From the sequence record PX393110.1: a DNA stretch of 64,000 nt. One strand, written 5' to 3'. Shown piece after piece: positions 50,330 through 60,398 of the stretch. This DNA is from a phage. Under the pieces are notes generated by a model. That model made no database searches and was not told the origin of the DNA. It worked only from the letters and a program-made list of their open reading frames with translations. Position numbers and translations under genes: made by a program. Position 1 is the first letter of the stretch, and each line of letters begins with the position of its first letter.

Positions 50330-50366
50330 GCGCTCTAAAGATAGGCCTCAAAAGGGTGTTTTTGTG
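50330..50366 (+). promoter_or_regulatory. possible rightward, diverged class-1-like element
   Basis: Plus strand GCGCTCT-N14-AAAGGGTGTTTTTGTG, about 55 nt before ATG 50421. Spacing is 2 nt longer than class 1. Confidence 0.2.
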
Positions 50367-50420
50367 AAGGTTGTCCGAGCCCCGTCCGGGACGTCTTCAA
50401 CTATAAACAGGAGAAATACA

Positions 50421-50894
50421 ATGGGCGAGTTAGCTAAGCAAAACTTAAGTACTATTCAAAAGGGTCTTTCCTTAGTTAATTCGGAGGGTTCTGAATCCGT
50501 TAACGTCAAAGCCCTACAAGGTAAAGAGATAGGCTTACAGATTCTCCAGCTAGGTCTGGCTGAGTCTGAGGCTAACCGAGTAGCCAAGCTTAACGGGATT
50601 ATCGAGATCCTCGAAAAGAAAATCTTTGATCCTGAGCGTCTGGACAGACTCACCGAGAAGGAGCAGATCGAGAGATATCAACTGGCATTAGCTAGTGCAT
50701 CTCAGTCGGCAGCATTCGTTAAATCGACCATTGGTTCGATTAACTGGACAGCTATCGAAGTATCTCTGCTGAGTCTGGCTTCCGCCATAGAGACTGCCAA
50801 TGAAGGTCAGTCTCCTAAGGATCGTAAAGATATGTCTACTATCGCCAATAACTTGATTAAGCAATTGGCGGAAGGCATTGGTCCTAAGGGGTAA
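50421..50894 (+). CDS. hypothetical protein (positional candidate for small terminase subunit)
   Basis: ATG at 50421 with AGGAG RBS. It is the first gene of the rightward module, immediately upstream of the large terminase. Confidence 0.35.
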   Translation: MGELAKQNLSTIQKGLSLVNSEGSESVNVKALQGKEIGLQILQLGLAESEANRVAKLNGIIEILEKKIFDPERLDRLTEKEQIERYQLALASASQSAAFVKSTIGSINWTAIEVSLLSLASAIETANEGQSPKDRKDMSTIANNLIKQLAEGIGPKG

Positions 50895-50897
50895 ACC

Positions 50898-52724
50898 ATG
50901 ACTGATGCATTAGATGAGTTTATTGAAGCATGTGGCTCTAGACTCGAAGCTATGCATCAGTTAGCGTTGATGAGTGGCTACGAGGAGCGGGTTCCGACGA
51001 TCCAGGATTTCATAATGGATCCGTACTACCTGGGTAAGTCTCTGGTAGATGCTGACGGTGTCTGCTCGGTCTATCCTATATGGATGGATGCTCTAGCTAA
51101 GATTTACCCTACTCCTTACACTTCACCAGCTGTAGAGATTTATCTAACTGGTGGTATCGGTCTGGGTAAGTCAACTGCTGCTAAGATTATCACTCTCTAC
51201 GACCTGTGCAAATTGCTATGTCTTAGAGATCCTCGCGCTCATTTTAAACTTCTGCCATCCACAGTAATTCGTTGGATGTTGATGAACGCCACTAAAGGTC
51301 TATCCTACGATGTACTCTACGCAGAGATCATCGAGTGGATAGAGAACAGTCCATTCTTCAAAGGTAAGATGACTGGTGGTAAGAATCCTCGTACTTTGTT
51401 CATTAAGAATGTGGACTTAGGATTCGGTTCTCGTGGTCAGGATGCTCTGGGGCAGGCTACCGTAGGTGCTATCTTCTCAGAGATAAACGACATGACCGTA
51501 GTTCATGGTCAGGCAGAAGATAACTTCGACACCATCTATACTCGTATGAACTCTCGTTTCGGGGGTAAAGGGGTAGAGATGATTGGCCACTTGATTCTAG
51601 ACTCTTCGAATAAGGGAAACCGTTCCTTTATCGATGTTCGTCTAGAGGATAAAGCCAAGAAAGGAATTAACGACTATCTGTTATTCAGATATGCCCACTG
51701 GGAAGCTAAATGGCACCTCGGAGGGTATTCTGGGGAAATGTTCTACGTCTATGCTGGTGACCAGTATCGAGATCCGTTTATCTTTGATGAGAATACTCTC
51801 AAGATTAAAGACGGTCTGGAGCCATCTCGTATTATCTCTGTACCTGTTGAACATAGACAGGAATTCGAGACTAACATTGTTAAGTCTCTCAGGGATCTTG
51901 CTGGTGTGTCTACATTCGGTACATGGTCGTTCATCTCGTCCTACGAGGTGCTTAACCGAGCAGCTGACCACATTAACCCTACTGAATCTAACGTGGTAGT
52001 TCTGGACTTCTTCGATAAGGAGCAGACTCTTCACCAGACTATAGATGTCCCCAGACTTGCCTTCCTTAATAAGAAGGATCGGTTCATCCATATTGACTTG
52101 GGTCTTAAGAACGACTCAACTGGTATAGCCTGTTCTTATCTCGATGGTTATGTAGACCAAGAGACCTATGATCCTCTGACCAGTACTCGCATGGTTACTC
52201 GTGAACCTAAGATTGTTACTGAGTGGGCATTAGAAATTACCTGCCAGCCTGGTCAGGAAGTCCCTATCTACAAGATTAAGAACTTCTTAATAGAAGCATC
52301 TCAGCAAGGTTACCCAATTAAAATGGTAACCACAGATGGATACCAATCCACGAACTTACGTCAGGATTTAACTCTGGCTGGGTTCGAGACTGCTCTGCTA
52401 TCTGTAGACCGGACTAAAGACCCGTATAACTACTTAAGAAACTCGATTCTCGAAGGTCGCAGCACTATTCCTGCTGTACCTAAACTGATCAAGGAGCTTA
52501 AAGAGTTGGAGGAAGGAGAAGGTAAGTTCGACCACCCTCCGTCGGGGAGTAAAGATATCGCGGATGCTGTCTGCGGATCTCAGTGGTCAGTTAAAGAGAA
52601 TATCCATAAGATAGGGTCTACTGCCACGGTTGAAGATCTTCAAGTTGCACTCCACGAACTTAATAAGTCTAGGGATGCGAAGGAGATGTTTCGGAACATT
52701 ATTAAGCAACGAGTGGGTGGCTAA
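50898..52724 (+). CDS. terminase large subunit
   Basis: Walker A LTGGIGLGKSTAAK, Walker B-like HLILDSS, and RNase-H-fold nuclease Asp motifs IHIDLGLKNDSTGIA, VTTDGYQS, SKDIADAV. Position is just before the portal. Confidence 0.8.
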   Translation: MTDALDEFIEACGSRLEAMHQLALMSGYEERVPTIQDFIMDPYYLGKSLVDADGVCSVYPIWMDALAKIYPTPYTSPAVEIYLTGGIGLGKSTAAKIITLYDLCKLLCLRDPRAHFKLLPSTVIRWMLMNATKGLSYDVLYAEIIEWIENSPFFKGKMTGGKNPRTLFIKNVDLGFGSRGQDALGQATVGAIFSEINDMTVVHGQAEDNFDTIYTRMNSRFGGKGVEMIGHLILDSSNKGNRSFIDVRLEDKAKKGINDYLLFRYAHWEAKWHLGGYSGEMFYVYAGDQYRDPFIFDENTLKIKDGLEPSRIISVPVEHRQEFETNIVKSLRDLAGVSTFGTWSFISSYEVLNRAADHINPTESNVVVLDFFDKEQTLHQTIDVPRLAFLNKKDRFIHIDLGLKNDSTGIACSYLDGYVDQETYDPLTSTRMVTREPKIVTEWALEITCQPGQEVPIYKIKNFLIEASQQGYPIKMVTTDGYQSTNLRQDLTLAGFETALLSVDRTKDPYNYLRNSILEGRSTIPAVPKLIKELKELEEGEGKFDHPPSGSKDIADAVCGSQWSVKENIHKIGSTATVEDLQVALHELNKSRDAKEMFRNIIKQRVGG

Positions 52725-54302
52725 ATGGCAGAAAACGAAGTGGTCTCTAAGCAAGACTTAGATGACAAACCTGGTTCTCGCCAGGAGGTCTTAGCAAAGT
52801 TGCTAGACGATACCATCACTATGAAGCATAGCGATGGATTGTTGGGCACGGTACAGGCTTACCTTACCGATCGCCTTACCAATATGGTAACCACTCGTGA
52901 AAAGTATTTCAACGAGCTGGCGAGATTTCGCTATAACTATATCACAGCTGGTATCTATGATATCATCTGTAATGACGTGCTCACCAATACGGATGATGGT
53001 GGATTCGTCATAGAAATTGAAGGTGATGAAGAACTGACTCGGGAGGCAAATGAGCTAATTAAAGCTCTAGCTATCCCAGACTTCCTCACTTCCATTTTGC
53101 CGGAGTTACTGCATTATGGATCATACCCCTTAAGACCGTCACTGGAAGATGGCGAGGGATTGATTGGGTTGGTGGATGATTTTGATCCTCGTGATGTTAT
53201 CGCAGTAACTGATTCATCCGGCCTTCCTATTTTCTTCTTCGTAAACTATACGACGAAGGATGCTGGGTATATAGACTATGAGTCTCGTCAGAAAATGGAG
53301 TATCTAGGCCCTCAAGAGGTATCTTACCTCTCTCTGGATCAGAACTTCATTAAGCTGCCGATTCCCGATAAAGTCACTGCCCAGATGAAGCGTAAAATCA
53401 CGGAAGAGCTGGGTGAAGATGAACCCATGGTTAAGCTCATGGGTAAGTCGATTAAAATTCGTTCGTCCTTATCATTCTTATGGGGATCTCTGGATAAGCT
53501 CAAGAATATCTTGATGCTGGATAAGGTTAACGTCTATAAGACGCTGGCTAACCTCCTAAGTCCGTCTGTAATCGGTGTTCCTCTTCCGAACAATAACGAC
53601 ATTAAGCAGATGAAGTCTATAGTCAACGACTATGACCAAATCATTAACAGTACTAACCTGTTTGCTGCTGATATGAGTAACCTCCAGTTTAATCTGCAGG
53701 ATATCGTATCAGTTAAAGTCGTTCCTATCTCTGGAGATCGGTCTGTACCTCAGATCCTGGATACTGGTAAGTCGGATAACACTATCGATCCGGAGAAGAT
53801 CAGATCCGAGTTAGAGGTTCTGTTACAGTCCTATGGTATTCCTCTGGAATTATTCCTTGGAAGCCTTTCCTCTAAGGATAACCTAAGGACGAATATTCGT
53901 TACGCTAAGAAGATCAAGCGCATCGGTAAGAGTCTGTGTAAATGGCTGCAGTATCTGCTGCTGTTACACTTCGGCTTTAAATACGAAAATCTGGATCTAG
54001 AGTTATCTGAAATTAAGGTAACCCTGAAGTCCTCGATTAACGTAGATGCTCTTGAGAATATGGAGACTCAAGATCTTCTTATCACAAGTATTAATGGTAT
54101 GACTGGAATGCTGGATTCTCTGAAGAACGAGATCGAGAACTCCAATTATACTATTGATAACGATGCTCTGCTTAAGGTAGTCGCGGATACTCTCGCAGAT
54201 ATAGGCTCTCCGTTCCATGGAGTAATTAAGCTTAAGTCTGAGGTACCAGTAACCCAGCAGACTCCTCCTGCTCCCCCAGAAGATGGTGAAGAGAATGAAT
54301 AA
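52725..54302 (+). CDS. portal protein
   Basis: 525 aa, immediately after the terminase with abutting start/stop. Acidic C-terminus. Call based on synteny and size. Confidence 0.6.
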   Translation: MAENEVVSKQDLDDKPGSRQEVLAKLLDDTITMKHSDGLLGTVQAYLTDRLTNMVTTREKYFNELARFRYNYITAGIYDIICNDVLTNTDDGGFVIEIEGDEELTREANELIKALAIPDFLTSILPELLHYGSYPLRPSLEDGEGLIGLVDDFDPRDVIAVTDSSGLPIFFFVNYTTKDAGYIDYESRQKMEYLGPQEVSYLSLDQNFIKLPIPDKVTAQMKRKITEELGEDEPMVKLMGKSIKIRSSLSFLWGSLDKLKNILMLDKVNVYKTLANLLSPSVIGVPLPNNNDIKQMKSIVNDYDQIINSTNLFAADMSNLQFNLQDIVSVKVVPISGDRSVPQILDTGKSDNTIDPEKIRSELEVLLQSYGIPLELFLGSLSSKDNLRTNIRYAKKIKRIGKSLCKWLQYLLLLHFGFKYENLDLELSEIKVTLKSSINVDALENMETQDLLITSINGMTGMLDSLKNEIENSNYTIDNDALLKVVADTLADIGSPFHGVIKLKSEVPVTQQTPPAPPEDGEENE

Positions 54303-54549
54303 ATCTGAGCTGCTTATGCAAGCTGTTGATGAGTCTGCTGCTACTACGTACACGCTGACTCGCCTTGCAAAAGATAACAGCGATACCGTAAATGGTGTGC
54401 TGGATAACTTCCTCCGTGACGTGCAGATCCACGATGCTGGCGCTACTGCATCTATCGATGACAATGGCGATCTCATAGTAACTACTCGCCTCGGCGATGG
54501 TCTGACTTATATCATGGAAAAGTACGGCTTCGGCTACACTAAGTCGTAA
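54295..54549 (+). CDS. hypothetical head-module protein
   Basis: The ATG at 54295 overlaps the portal stop. Confidence 0.45.
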   Translation: MNKSELLMQAVDESAATTYTLTRLAKDNSDTVNGVLDNFLRDVQIHDAGATASIDDNGDLIVTTRLGDGLTYIMEKYGFGYTKS

Positions 54550-54561
54550 TAAGGAACCGCT

Positions 54562-55998
54562 ATGGAAGTAGTAGACTCGGTCAATGCTGTTGACTTAGTT
54601 GAGGTATCCGAGGCAGTCCAATTCGACGTAGTTGAAAATGCATCCGAAGTTGATGGAAAATACGTCCTAGCTAAAGCCGTAGGTCCTGCGTTCTTTCCTG
54701 GTCAAACCTCTGGTAATAAAGTTTATTACCCAGAGGCGCTCTGGGAAAAAGTGCTGGCTGATGGGGACGTTAATTCCCGGCTGCAAAACCGTACCATGTT
54801 TGGTACGATTGGTCACGACATTGAAGATATCAATGACGAGGTCATCCGTCGAGGCGAACTGTCTCATATCGTAACTAAACTTTTTGTAGATGATGCTGGT
54901 GTAGGTCGAGCTGAGTATCTGGTAGTCAATACCCCGACTGGTCAGATTCTCAACACGCTACTCCGAGCAGGCTCTAAGCTGCGGGTGTCTACAAAGGCTA
55001 AGGGAGCGCTATCCCATCCAGATGAGAATGGGGTCAAAACTCTCAGAAGCTACTATCTTAAAAGGATAGACTTCGTACTTACCCCCGGATTCGAGCAGGC
55101 ACTGCCCGAAGTAGCAGAGTCTCTGAACAAAATCCGTAACCAACTACCAGATCCCGTCGAGGAGAGTAAAATGGAACAGAACGAATTCATTGAGCACCTT
55201 AAGACTGAGAATGCTCAGCTGAAGGCTCAGGTTGATGAATCTAAACAGGCCAATACGGTCCTGAAAACTCAGCTGGAAGAAGCGAAGACCCAACTGGCTA
55301 CCGCTACCACCCAGCTGGCCGAAGTTAGCGAGTCCCTGGCTAAATACCAGACTCTGGGCACCTTCGAGCAGGTAGATGAGGCATTGACTAAAGGTGCTGA
55401 AACTATCACTTCTCTGAAAGAATCTCTGAACGAGACTATTGAAGAGTCTGCTCACGACATCCACGATCTGGAAGTCGTAGAAGAAGCTCTGGAGAAATAT
55501 AAAGAGCTGGGTACTCCAGAAGAGATCTCTGAAGCTATCGCCACCCTGAATGGACTGATCGAAGAGAAAGAGACCCAGGTCTGCGAATCTCTGGCCAAGA
55601 AATTCAAACGTAGCCCTAACATGATTAAAACCATGCAGACTGCGTTGGGTGGTCTGGATAAAGTCGAAGAAGCTCTGTTAGCCGAAGCTGCTGAACTGGG
55701 CATCAAAATCGACGAATCCGACGATGGCGAAGATAAAGGCGACGGTAAAGACGATAAGGGTGATGACAAATCCGACAAGAAAGATGGTGGGGATGACAAA
55801 GGCGACGACGCTGATGAATCCAAGAAAACTCCATCTAAAGTCGAAGAGTCTCTGAATCGCGTAAATCGCCTGGGTTCTCTGATGTCTACCAGACAGATCC
55901 GTACCAATCTGATTAATACTCAGAAAGTAGACGAGTCTGCCGGTAAAACTGCCGACGCACCTCAATCTCGTGCCGGTAAACTGATGTCTCGTCGATAA
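54562..55998 (+). CDS. prohead protease / scaffold-like fusion protein
   Basis: The N-terminal domain has His/Ser candidates (GTIGHDIED, LRVSTKAKG). This is followed by a long coiled coil (QLKAQVDESKQ...) and a D/K/G-rich acidic segment. It lies between portal and capsid. Confidence 0.45.
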   Translation: MEVVDSVNAVDLVEVSEAVQFDVVENASEVDGKYVLAKAVGPAFFPGQTSGNKVYYPEALWEKVLADGDVNSRLQNRTMFGTIGHDIEDINDEVIRRGELSHIVTKLFVDDAGVGRAEYLVVNTPTGQILNTLLRAGSKLRVSTKAKGALSHPDENGVKTLRSYYLKRIDFVLTPGFEQALPEVAESLNKIRNQLPDPVEESKMEQNEFIEHLKTENAQLKAQVDESKQANTVLKTQLEEAKTQLATATTQLAEVSESLAKYQTLGTFEQVDEALTKGAETITSLKESLNETIEESAHDIHDLEVVEEALEKYKELGTPEEISEAIATLNGLIEEKETQVCESLAKKFKRSPNMIKTMQTALGGLDKVEEALLAEAAELGIKIDESDDGEDKGDGKDDKGDDKSDKKDGGDDKGDDADESKKTPSKVEESLNRVNRLGSLMSTRQIRTNLINTQKVDESAGKTADAPQSRAGKLMSRR

Positions 55999-56053
55999 CA
56001 GACTCAGTATCCGTAAGTGTAATTTGACTTTCCATGATTAAGGACTAATTTTC

Positions 56054-57481
56054 ATGACTAAGCAGAATATCGTGCTGTCTAACGTCGACGAGGCTTCCGC
56101 AGATGTAATGGCTAACGCCTACTTCGACAAATACAGCGAACAAATGGATGCATACGCATCTAACTCCATCCTGGCTCGCGTTAACGAAAGCCTGTCTCCG
56201 TTCGAAATGATCGCTGTAGGTCAGACTCTGGACCAGTACCAAGGTTACCAGAAGTATGTCAACGAATCCATGAGCGGCCTGGCATCTATGGGTGCTATTC
56301 CGGCAATCGCTCTGGATGTTATCACCGCATCTGTCGGTAACTCTATCCTGCCTCTGGTCTGCTCTATCCAGCCGATCCCTGAAGAGCATGGTATTGTTTA
56401 CTATCGCCAGATTAAAGCATCCCAGACCTCCGGCGGTTACACTGCAGGCGACGTGATCCGTGATCCGCTGTCTCGTGATAATCCTGGTGAAGGTACCCTG
56501 GGTGCCCAGCGTCGTCAGCAGGTAATTGGTACCGGTAACGGCAGCGAAACTAACTTCGCCGCTACTCTGGAACTGTATCCGGTTCGTCCGAACATGGTCT
56601 TCGTCAACATCCCTGGTGTTGGTAACGGTCAGGACGACGGTAACGGTAAGATCCTGGGCTTCGGCTTCGATGGTACCATCAACTACAAAACTGGCGCGAT
56701 CACTATCGCAGCTAAAGCAGCTGTTCCTAACACTGCTCAGGTTGCTGTTCGCTTCGACGTTGATGTTGATCTGCTGGATAACCTGGATAAAATCCAGGCT
56801 GGCCTGATCTCCAAAGATATCCGTGCGGAAATCTGGACCCTGGCTGCTGATATCGGTACCTTCGCTAACTTCGCCTTCCAGAACCGCTTCGGTCGTTCTG
56901 CAGAAGATGAAGTCGCATCCGATCTGTCCAACGAAATCACTAACGTTCTGAACGTTCGTGCTATCAAACAGATCGCTGCGATGGCTATCGGCGAAACTAT
57001 CTGGGATCAGACTCCTCCTGCTGGTGTTTCCTATGCGGAACACAAACTGACTCTGGTTGATACCTTCGCTCGTGCTGAATCCGTGTTGCACAACAACGCT
57101 GGTGTAGGCTCGGTGAACCGTATCATCTGCGGTCGCTCTGCTGCTGCGGTATTCCGTGGTATGCCTGAGTTCACCCCAGCAGGTCAGTCTGTCGGTACTT
57201 CCGTATCTCTGTATGGCTTCTACGACGGCGTGCCGGTAATTCGTGCAACTGGTGTTATCGAAGATAACGCTGCTTATCTGATCTGCAACCCGGACGGTTA
57301 TTTCAACTGCCCGCTGGCATACTCTCCGTTCATGCCGCTGATCGTTACCGATACCATCCAGAACCCGAACAACCCGTTCCGCGGTACTAAAGCTGCTGGC
57401 GTTTGGGCTGGTATGACCCAGCTGAACCCGAACCTGGTAACCAAACTGACCTTCAAACTGGCTAACTTCTCTGGTAGCTAA
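56054..57481 (+). CDS. major capsid protein
   Basis: 475 aa with the most optimised codon usage in the window. It follows the scaffold/protease and is followed by a strong intrinsic terminator. Confidence 0.7.
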   Translation: MTKQNIVLSNVDEASADVMANAYFDKYSEQMDAYASNSILARVNESLSPFEMIAVGQTLDQYQGYQKYVNESMSGLASMGAIPAIALDVITASVGNSILPLVCSIQPIPEEHGIVYYRQIKASQTSGGYTAGDVIRDPLSRDNPGEGTLGAQRRQQVIGTGNGSETNFAATLELYPVRPNMVFVNIPGVGNGQDDGNGKILGFGFDGTINYKTGAITIAAKAAVPNTAQVAVRFDVDVDLLDNLDKIQAGLISKDIRAEIWTLAADIGTFANFAFQNRFGRSAEDEVASDLSNEITNVLNVRAIKQIAAMAIGETIWDQTPPAGVSYAEHKLTLVDTFARAESVLHNNAGVGSVNRIICGRSAAAVFRGMPEFTPAGQSVGTSVSLYGFYDGVPVIRATGVIEDNAAYLICNPDGYFNCPLAYSPFMPLIVTDTIQNPNNPFRGTKAAGVWAGMTQLNPNLVTKLTFKLANFSGS

Positions 57482-57507
57482 GATTTGATGCGTTAAGTTG
57501 GCATTAG

Positions 57508-57537
57508 CTACGGCCTCTTATTGAGGCCGTAGTTTTT
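57508..57537 (+). terminator. intrinsic terminator after the major capsid gene
   Basis: CUACGGCCUC-UUAUU-GAGGCCGUAG followed by UUUUU. Confidence 0.75.
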
Positions 57538-57553
57538 CTTGTTTTAATTTACT

Positions 57554-57583
57554 TTGACATATCTCGATTAGTCAAACTAAATT
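57554..57583 (+). promoter_or_regulatory. sigma70-like promoter candidate
   Basis: TTGACA-N18-TAAATT, located between the capsid terminator and ATG 57631. The TTTGAC/GTCAAA inverted repeat overlaps it. Confidence 0.3.
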
Positions 57584-57630
57584 TAGTCAGGACGACACAC
57601 TAGCACTAACCACCAACCAAAGAGGTAGAT

Positions 57631-58341
57631 ATGTATAAGGTAACTAATAAGTCCGAGTACACTGTTCAAGCTAACCTGTCCGCAGACGGTCCGGTAAGCA
57701 TCGCTCCTAAAGAGAGTCTGACCATTCGTAACCCGTCTCGCGATTTCGTTAAAGAGATCGGTCGCGTATCTAACCTGCTTTCCTATACGGAAGTAAGTGG
57801 TGATGCGTCTGGCGATCAGACCGATAAAGACGAAGTGGTCGCAGCTGAGCCTGAACATCCGAACTCTCTGGACAAAGAGCCAGGTACTGTTATCCAGGGT
57901 ACTGCTCTGACCAAAGAAGAAATTAACACTGCTGCTGAGCGCTCTGATCATAAGATCAATGACAAAGTGCCCGATACTGCGGTAGTTGGCGCTAACCAGG
58001 ATGCTGCTGCACCTAAAACTGGTGGCGAGTCTAACGTCGCTCCTAAAGAAGTGACCGACGCAGAATTAAATAACGCTGGCGCTGCTGCTGGTGGTGAAGA
58101 TCAGGGTGCTGGTAATGCGGAAGATGCTTCTGCAGATAAATCCGACTCTGGCATCCGTCAGTTTACCGGTGAAGAACCCACCAAATCTGAAGAAGATGGC
58201 GAAGGTGAGCAGTACACTCGCGAAGAGCTGGAATCTACTCACTGGGCCACCGTTAAGAGCATCGCGGAATCTAACGGTATTGATTACACCAACAAAGGTG
58301 AAGCGATCACCGCTATTCTGGATGCTAAAGTAACCAAGTAA
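57631..58341 (+). CDS. head-module protein with low-complexity linker and C-terminal SAP/Rho-N-like motif
   Basis: AGAGGT RBS. Ala/Gly/Asp/Glu-rich middle. C-terminal WATVKSIAESNGIDYTNKGEAITAIL. Confidence 0.4.
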   Translation: MYKVTNKSEYTVQANLSADGPVSIAPKESLTIRNPSRDFVKEIGRVSNLLSYTEVSGDASGDQTDKDEVVAAEPEHPNSLDKEPGTVIQGTALTKEEINTAAERSDHKINDKVPDTAVVGANQDAAAPKTGGESNVAPKEVTDAELNNAGAAAGGEDQGAGNAEDASADKSDSGIRQFTGEEPTKSEEDGEGEQYTREELESTHWATVKSIAESNGIDYTNKGEAITAILDAKVTK

Positions 58342-58374
58342 TAGCTAAAATTCAACGAGCCTACGGAGCATAGT

Positions 58375-58911
58375 ATGGATATTCGCAGTTTAGTTCTCCA
58401 GGGAACAGATACTCTCAGGAAGAATCAATATCCTACTGGTAAAGTAGGCTCGTTCGATTTTAACTATGTTATGAGAAATAAACAGCTCATCGTTAAATCT
58501 CAGGCACGCCCTTCCAGTGGTGAATCGTATTCGGCATATCAGTCCCAGATTGTATTCTCTGGAGTAGGTTATTCTGATGTTCCGTCTCCTGATTTCCCTC
58601 TGACGTACAATTCTCCTAACGGGAAGATTTATCTTCAGAAGCCTACCACTCGGAATACTGTCCAGATCAGATGTTCTTGTAAGGACGATTATTTCATGTG
58701 GCAGTACCCTAATAAGTCTAAGGGTGCTCTCCTGGGTAGATTTAAGCCGTATGTACGTAAAACAACGGATCGTCCTCCTAGAAACCCAGGCAACGTACCA
58801 GGAATGTGTAAACATGCTCTGGCTCTCGTGAAGAATCTGTTTTCTATGGGAGTTCTCCAGCCTGATTCTCAGGTACAAGAGTACTTATCAAGACCAACTA
58901 GGAGTATATAA
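58375..58911 (+). CDS. SWIM zinc-finger protein
   Basis: CxC...CxH pattern: IRCSCKDDYF ... GMCKHALALV. Confidence 0.5.
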   Translation: MDIRSLVLQGTDTLRKNQYPTGKVGSFDFNYVMRNKQLIVKSQARPSSGESYSAYQSQIVFSGVGYSDVPSPDFPLTYNSPNGKIYLQKPTTRNTVQIRCSCKDDYFMWQYPNKSKGALLGRFKPYVRKTTDRPPRNPGNVPGMCKHALALVKNLFSMGVLQPDSQVQEYLSRPTRSI

Positions 58912-59198
58912 TGGTAACTGCAGCAGAAGTTCTTTCGTCTGTTGACGAAGCCACTTATACGATCAAGCGCATCAAACAGATTCGTGACGGTCGTCTGGTG
59001 ATTCGTCAGAAGCGTCAGTACGCTGGTCCGGCACCTAAGCCAGGATTTAAGCGTAATCCTCAGACTGGCAACATCGAGAAGATGACAGCTACTGAGCACC
59101 GTAAGCGTTCTAAAGCTGTCCGTAAGGTACAGCGTAAGGCCACGGTTAAGCTGAAACGCGCTAAATCAATTCGTCGCAGAGAGGCTATGGGGTTATGA
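58911..59198 (+). CDS. small basic hypothetical protein
   Basis: TAATG overlap upstream. Arg/Lys-rich. Confidence 0.45.
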   Translation: MVTAAEVLSSVDEATYTIKRIKQIRDGRLVIRQKRQYAGPAPKPGFKRNPQTGNIEKMTATEHRKRSKAVRKVQRKATVKLKRAKSIRRREAMGL

Positions 59199-59824
59199 GT
59201 CTGAGCTATGATGAACTCGTTGAATCGTTCCTGTTAGAATCAGGGCAATTTATTCTGGATAGTCTGGATGATACTGCTCTTACGCAGGACCGAGTGGAGC
59301 TTATCATAGCTAAAGAGCTGGCCACCTACTCCAGATATAAACCTAATCTGGTTACTGGAGCTTTGAATCTCTGGAATAACCGAAGATTTACTGGTAAGGA
59401 TGAGCACGGTAATCCTGAGCCCATCCCTATCGTAATTCACCGACTATTCGTTAATGGTGGTTTTACTCGCTTGATCACCAACAATAGATTCGGTACCATC
59501 TCCCAGAACTACTGGCGCTTCGATAACGGGGTGTTCAATATGTATATGGAAGATGGGCAGTACTTGTGTGAGTATGCAGTAGCGCACGCCTATAATAAAG
59601 AAACTAAGTTAATCGACTCCTTAGACTTAACAGCAACTACGTTCATGAGCATGGTTCATGGTAAGATGATGCAAGTCTTAGGCAGGTCCCGACGAGCCTT
59701 CCAGATTAGTGATAGTCCTATACTGATGGATGGTGATGCACTAATAGCGGACGGCCAACAGATGTATGATCAGGCTATGGAAGATCTTAAAACCCAGAGC
59801 GATTACATGTTGGCTTCTATGTAA
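59195..59824 (+). CDS. head-tail joining region protein (function inferred from position only)
   Basis: ATGA overlap upstream. Lies between the head and tail modules. Confidence 0.4.
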   Translation: MSLSYDELVESFLLESGQFILDSLDDTALTQDRVELIIAKELATYSRYKPNLVTGALNLWNNRRFTGKDEHGNPEPIPIVIHRLFVNGGFTRLITNNRFGTISQNYWRFDNGVFNMYMEDGQYLCEYAVAHAYNKETKLIDSLDLTATTFMSMVHGKMMQVLGRSRRAFQISDSPILMDGDALIADGQQMYDQAMEDLKTQSDYMLASM

Positions 59825-59833
59825 GAGGCTTTT

Positions 59834-60397
59834 ATGGAGAAGAGAACTCACCAGGATAGACTGGAGGAGGCTTCCCGCAAGTTCGCATTAGTTCAAATAC
59901 CGTTAGCAGTGAAAACTGCTGGTATATATTGTCGGTTGTACCGTAAAGTCAACGACCTACGTGATGAGGTCTACGGCAATTACGGCGGAGTCGACGAACT
60001 AATCCCCATTACAGCGAACTCGGTGTATTCTGGCATGGATAATGCCGTTGCATCGGCATCAGGTTCGTCGCTGGACTTATCCAGCTTGGGTACTTTAGAG
60101 GACGGTGCGCTAGCTCAGAACGAAATAGACGTCTCTTCTGGCTACGAAGTAGAAGACGAGTTCCGAGTACTGCTTACCGCATCTCAATGGCGAATAGTAG
60201 CGGGCTATGAGGGAGGCTTCCTCGAGGATAGCGGATATGCTTTTGCTCTTACCTCAAAGGACTTAAAGACAGGTGATGTCGTAGAGTTCGATAGGAAAGA
60301 CGGAGCTCTCGCGAGATTCCGAGTAATTAAGCCGGTATCTCTTGGTCGTAAGGTGGATATCGTAACCAGATTTCAATTATCGAACATAGGGGATTGA
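59834..60397 (+). CDS. head-tail joining region protein (position only)
   Basis: ORF track, co-oriented, tightly packed. Confidence 0.4.
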   Translation: MEKRTHQDRLEEASRKFALVQIPLAVKTAGIYCRLYRKVNDLRDEVYGNYGGVDELIPITANSVYSGMDNAVASASGSSLDLSSLGTLEDGALAQNEIDVSSGYEVEDEFRVLLTASQWRIVAGYEGGFLEDSGYAFALTSKDLKTGDVVEFDRKDGALARFRVIKPVSLGRKVDIVTRFQLSNIGD

Positions 60398-60398
60398 T

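Noticed and set aside
50403-50409. T4-late-like TATAAAC box upstream of the first structural gene
   Set aside because: It abuts the AGGAG RBS, leaving no room for a transcription start and leader. There are no further copies upstream of other plus-strand genes.
56024-56053. TTGACT-N16-TAATTT in front of the capsid gene as a sigma70 promoter
   Set aside because: The -10 candidate ends 2 nt before the ATG and would exclude the AAGGAC RBS from the transcript.
56045-57091. 348-aa minus-strand ORF inside the major capsid gene
   Set aside because: It is antisense to a strongly codon-biased gene, and the RNY periodicity keeps the complementary frame open. It has no RBS and breaks the strand logic of the module.
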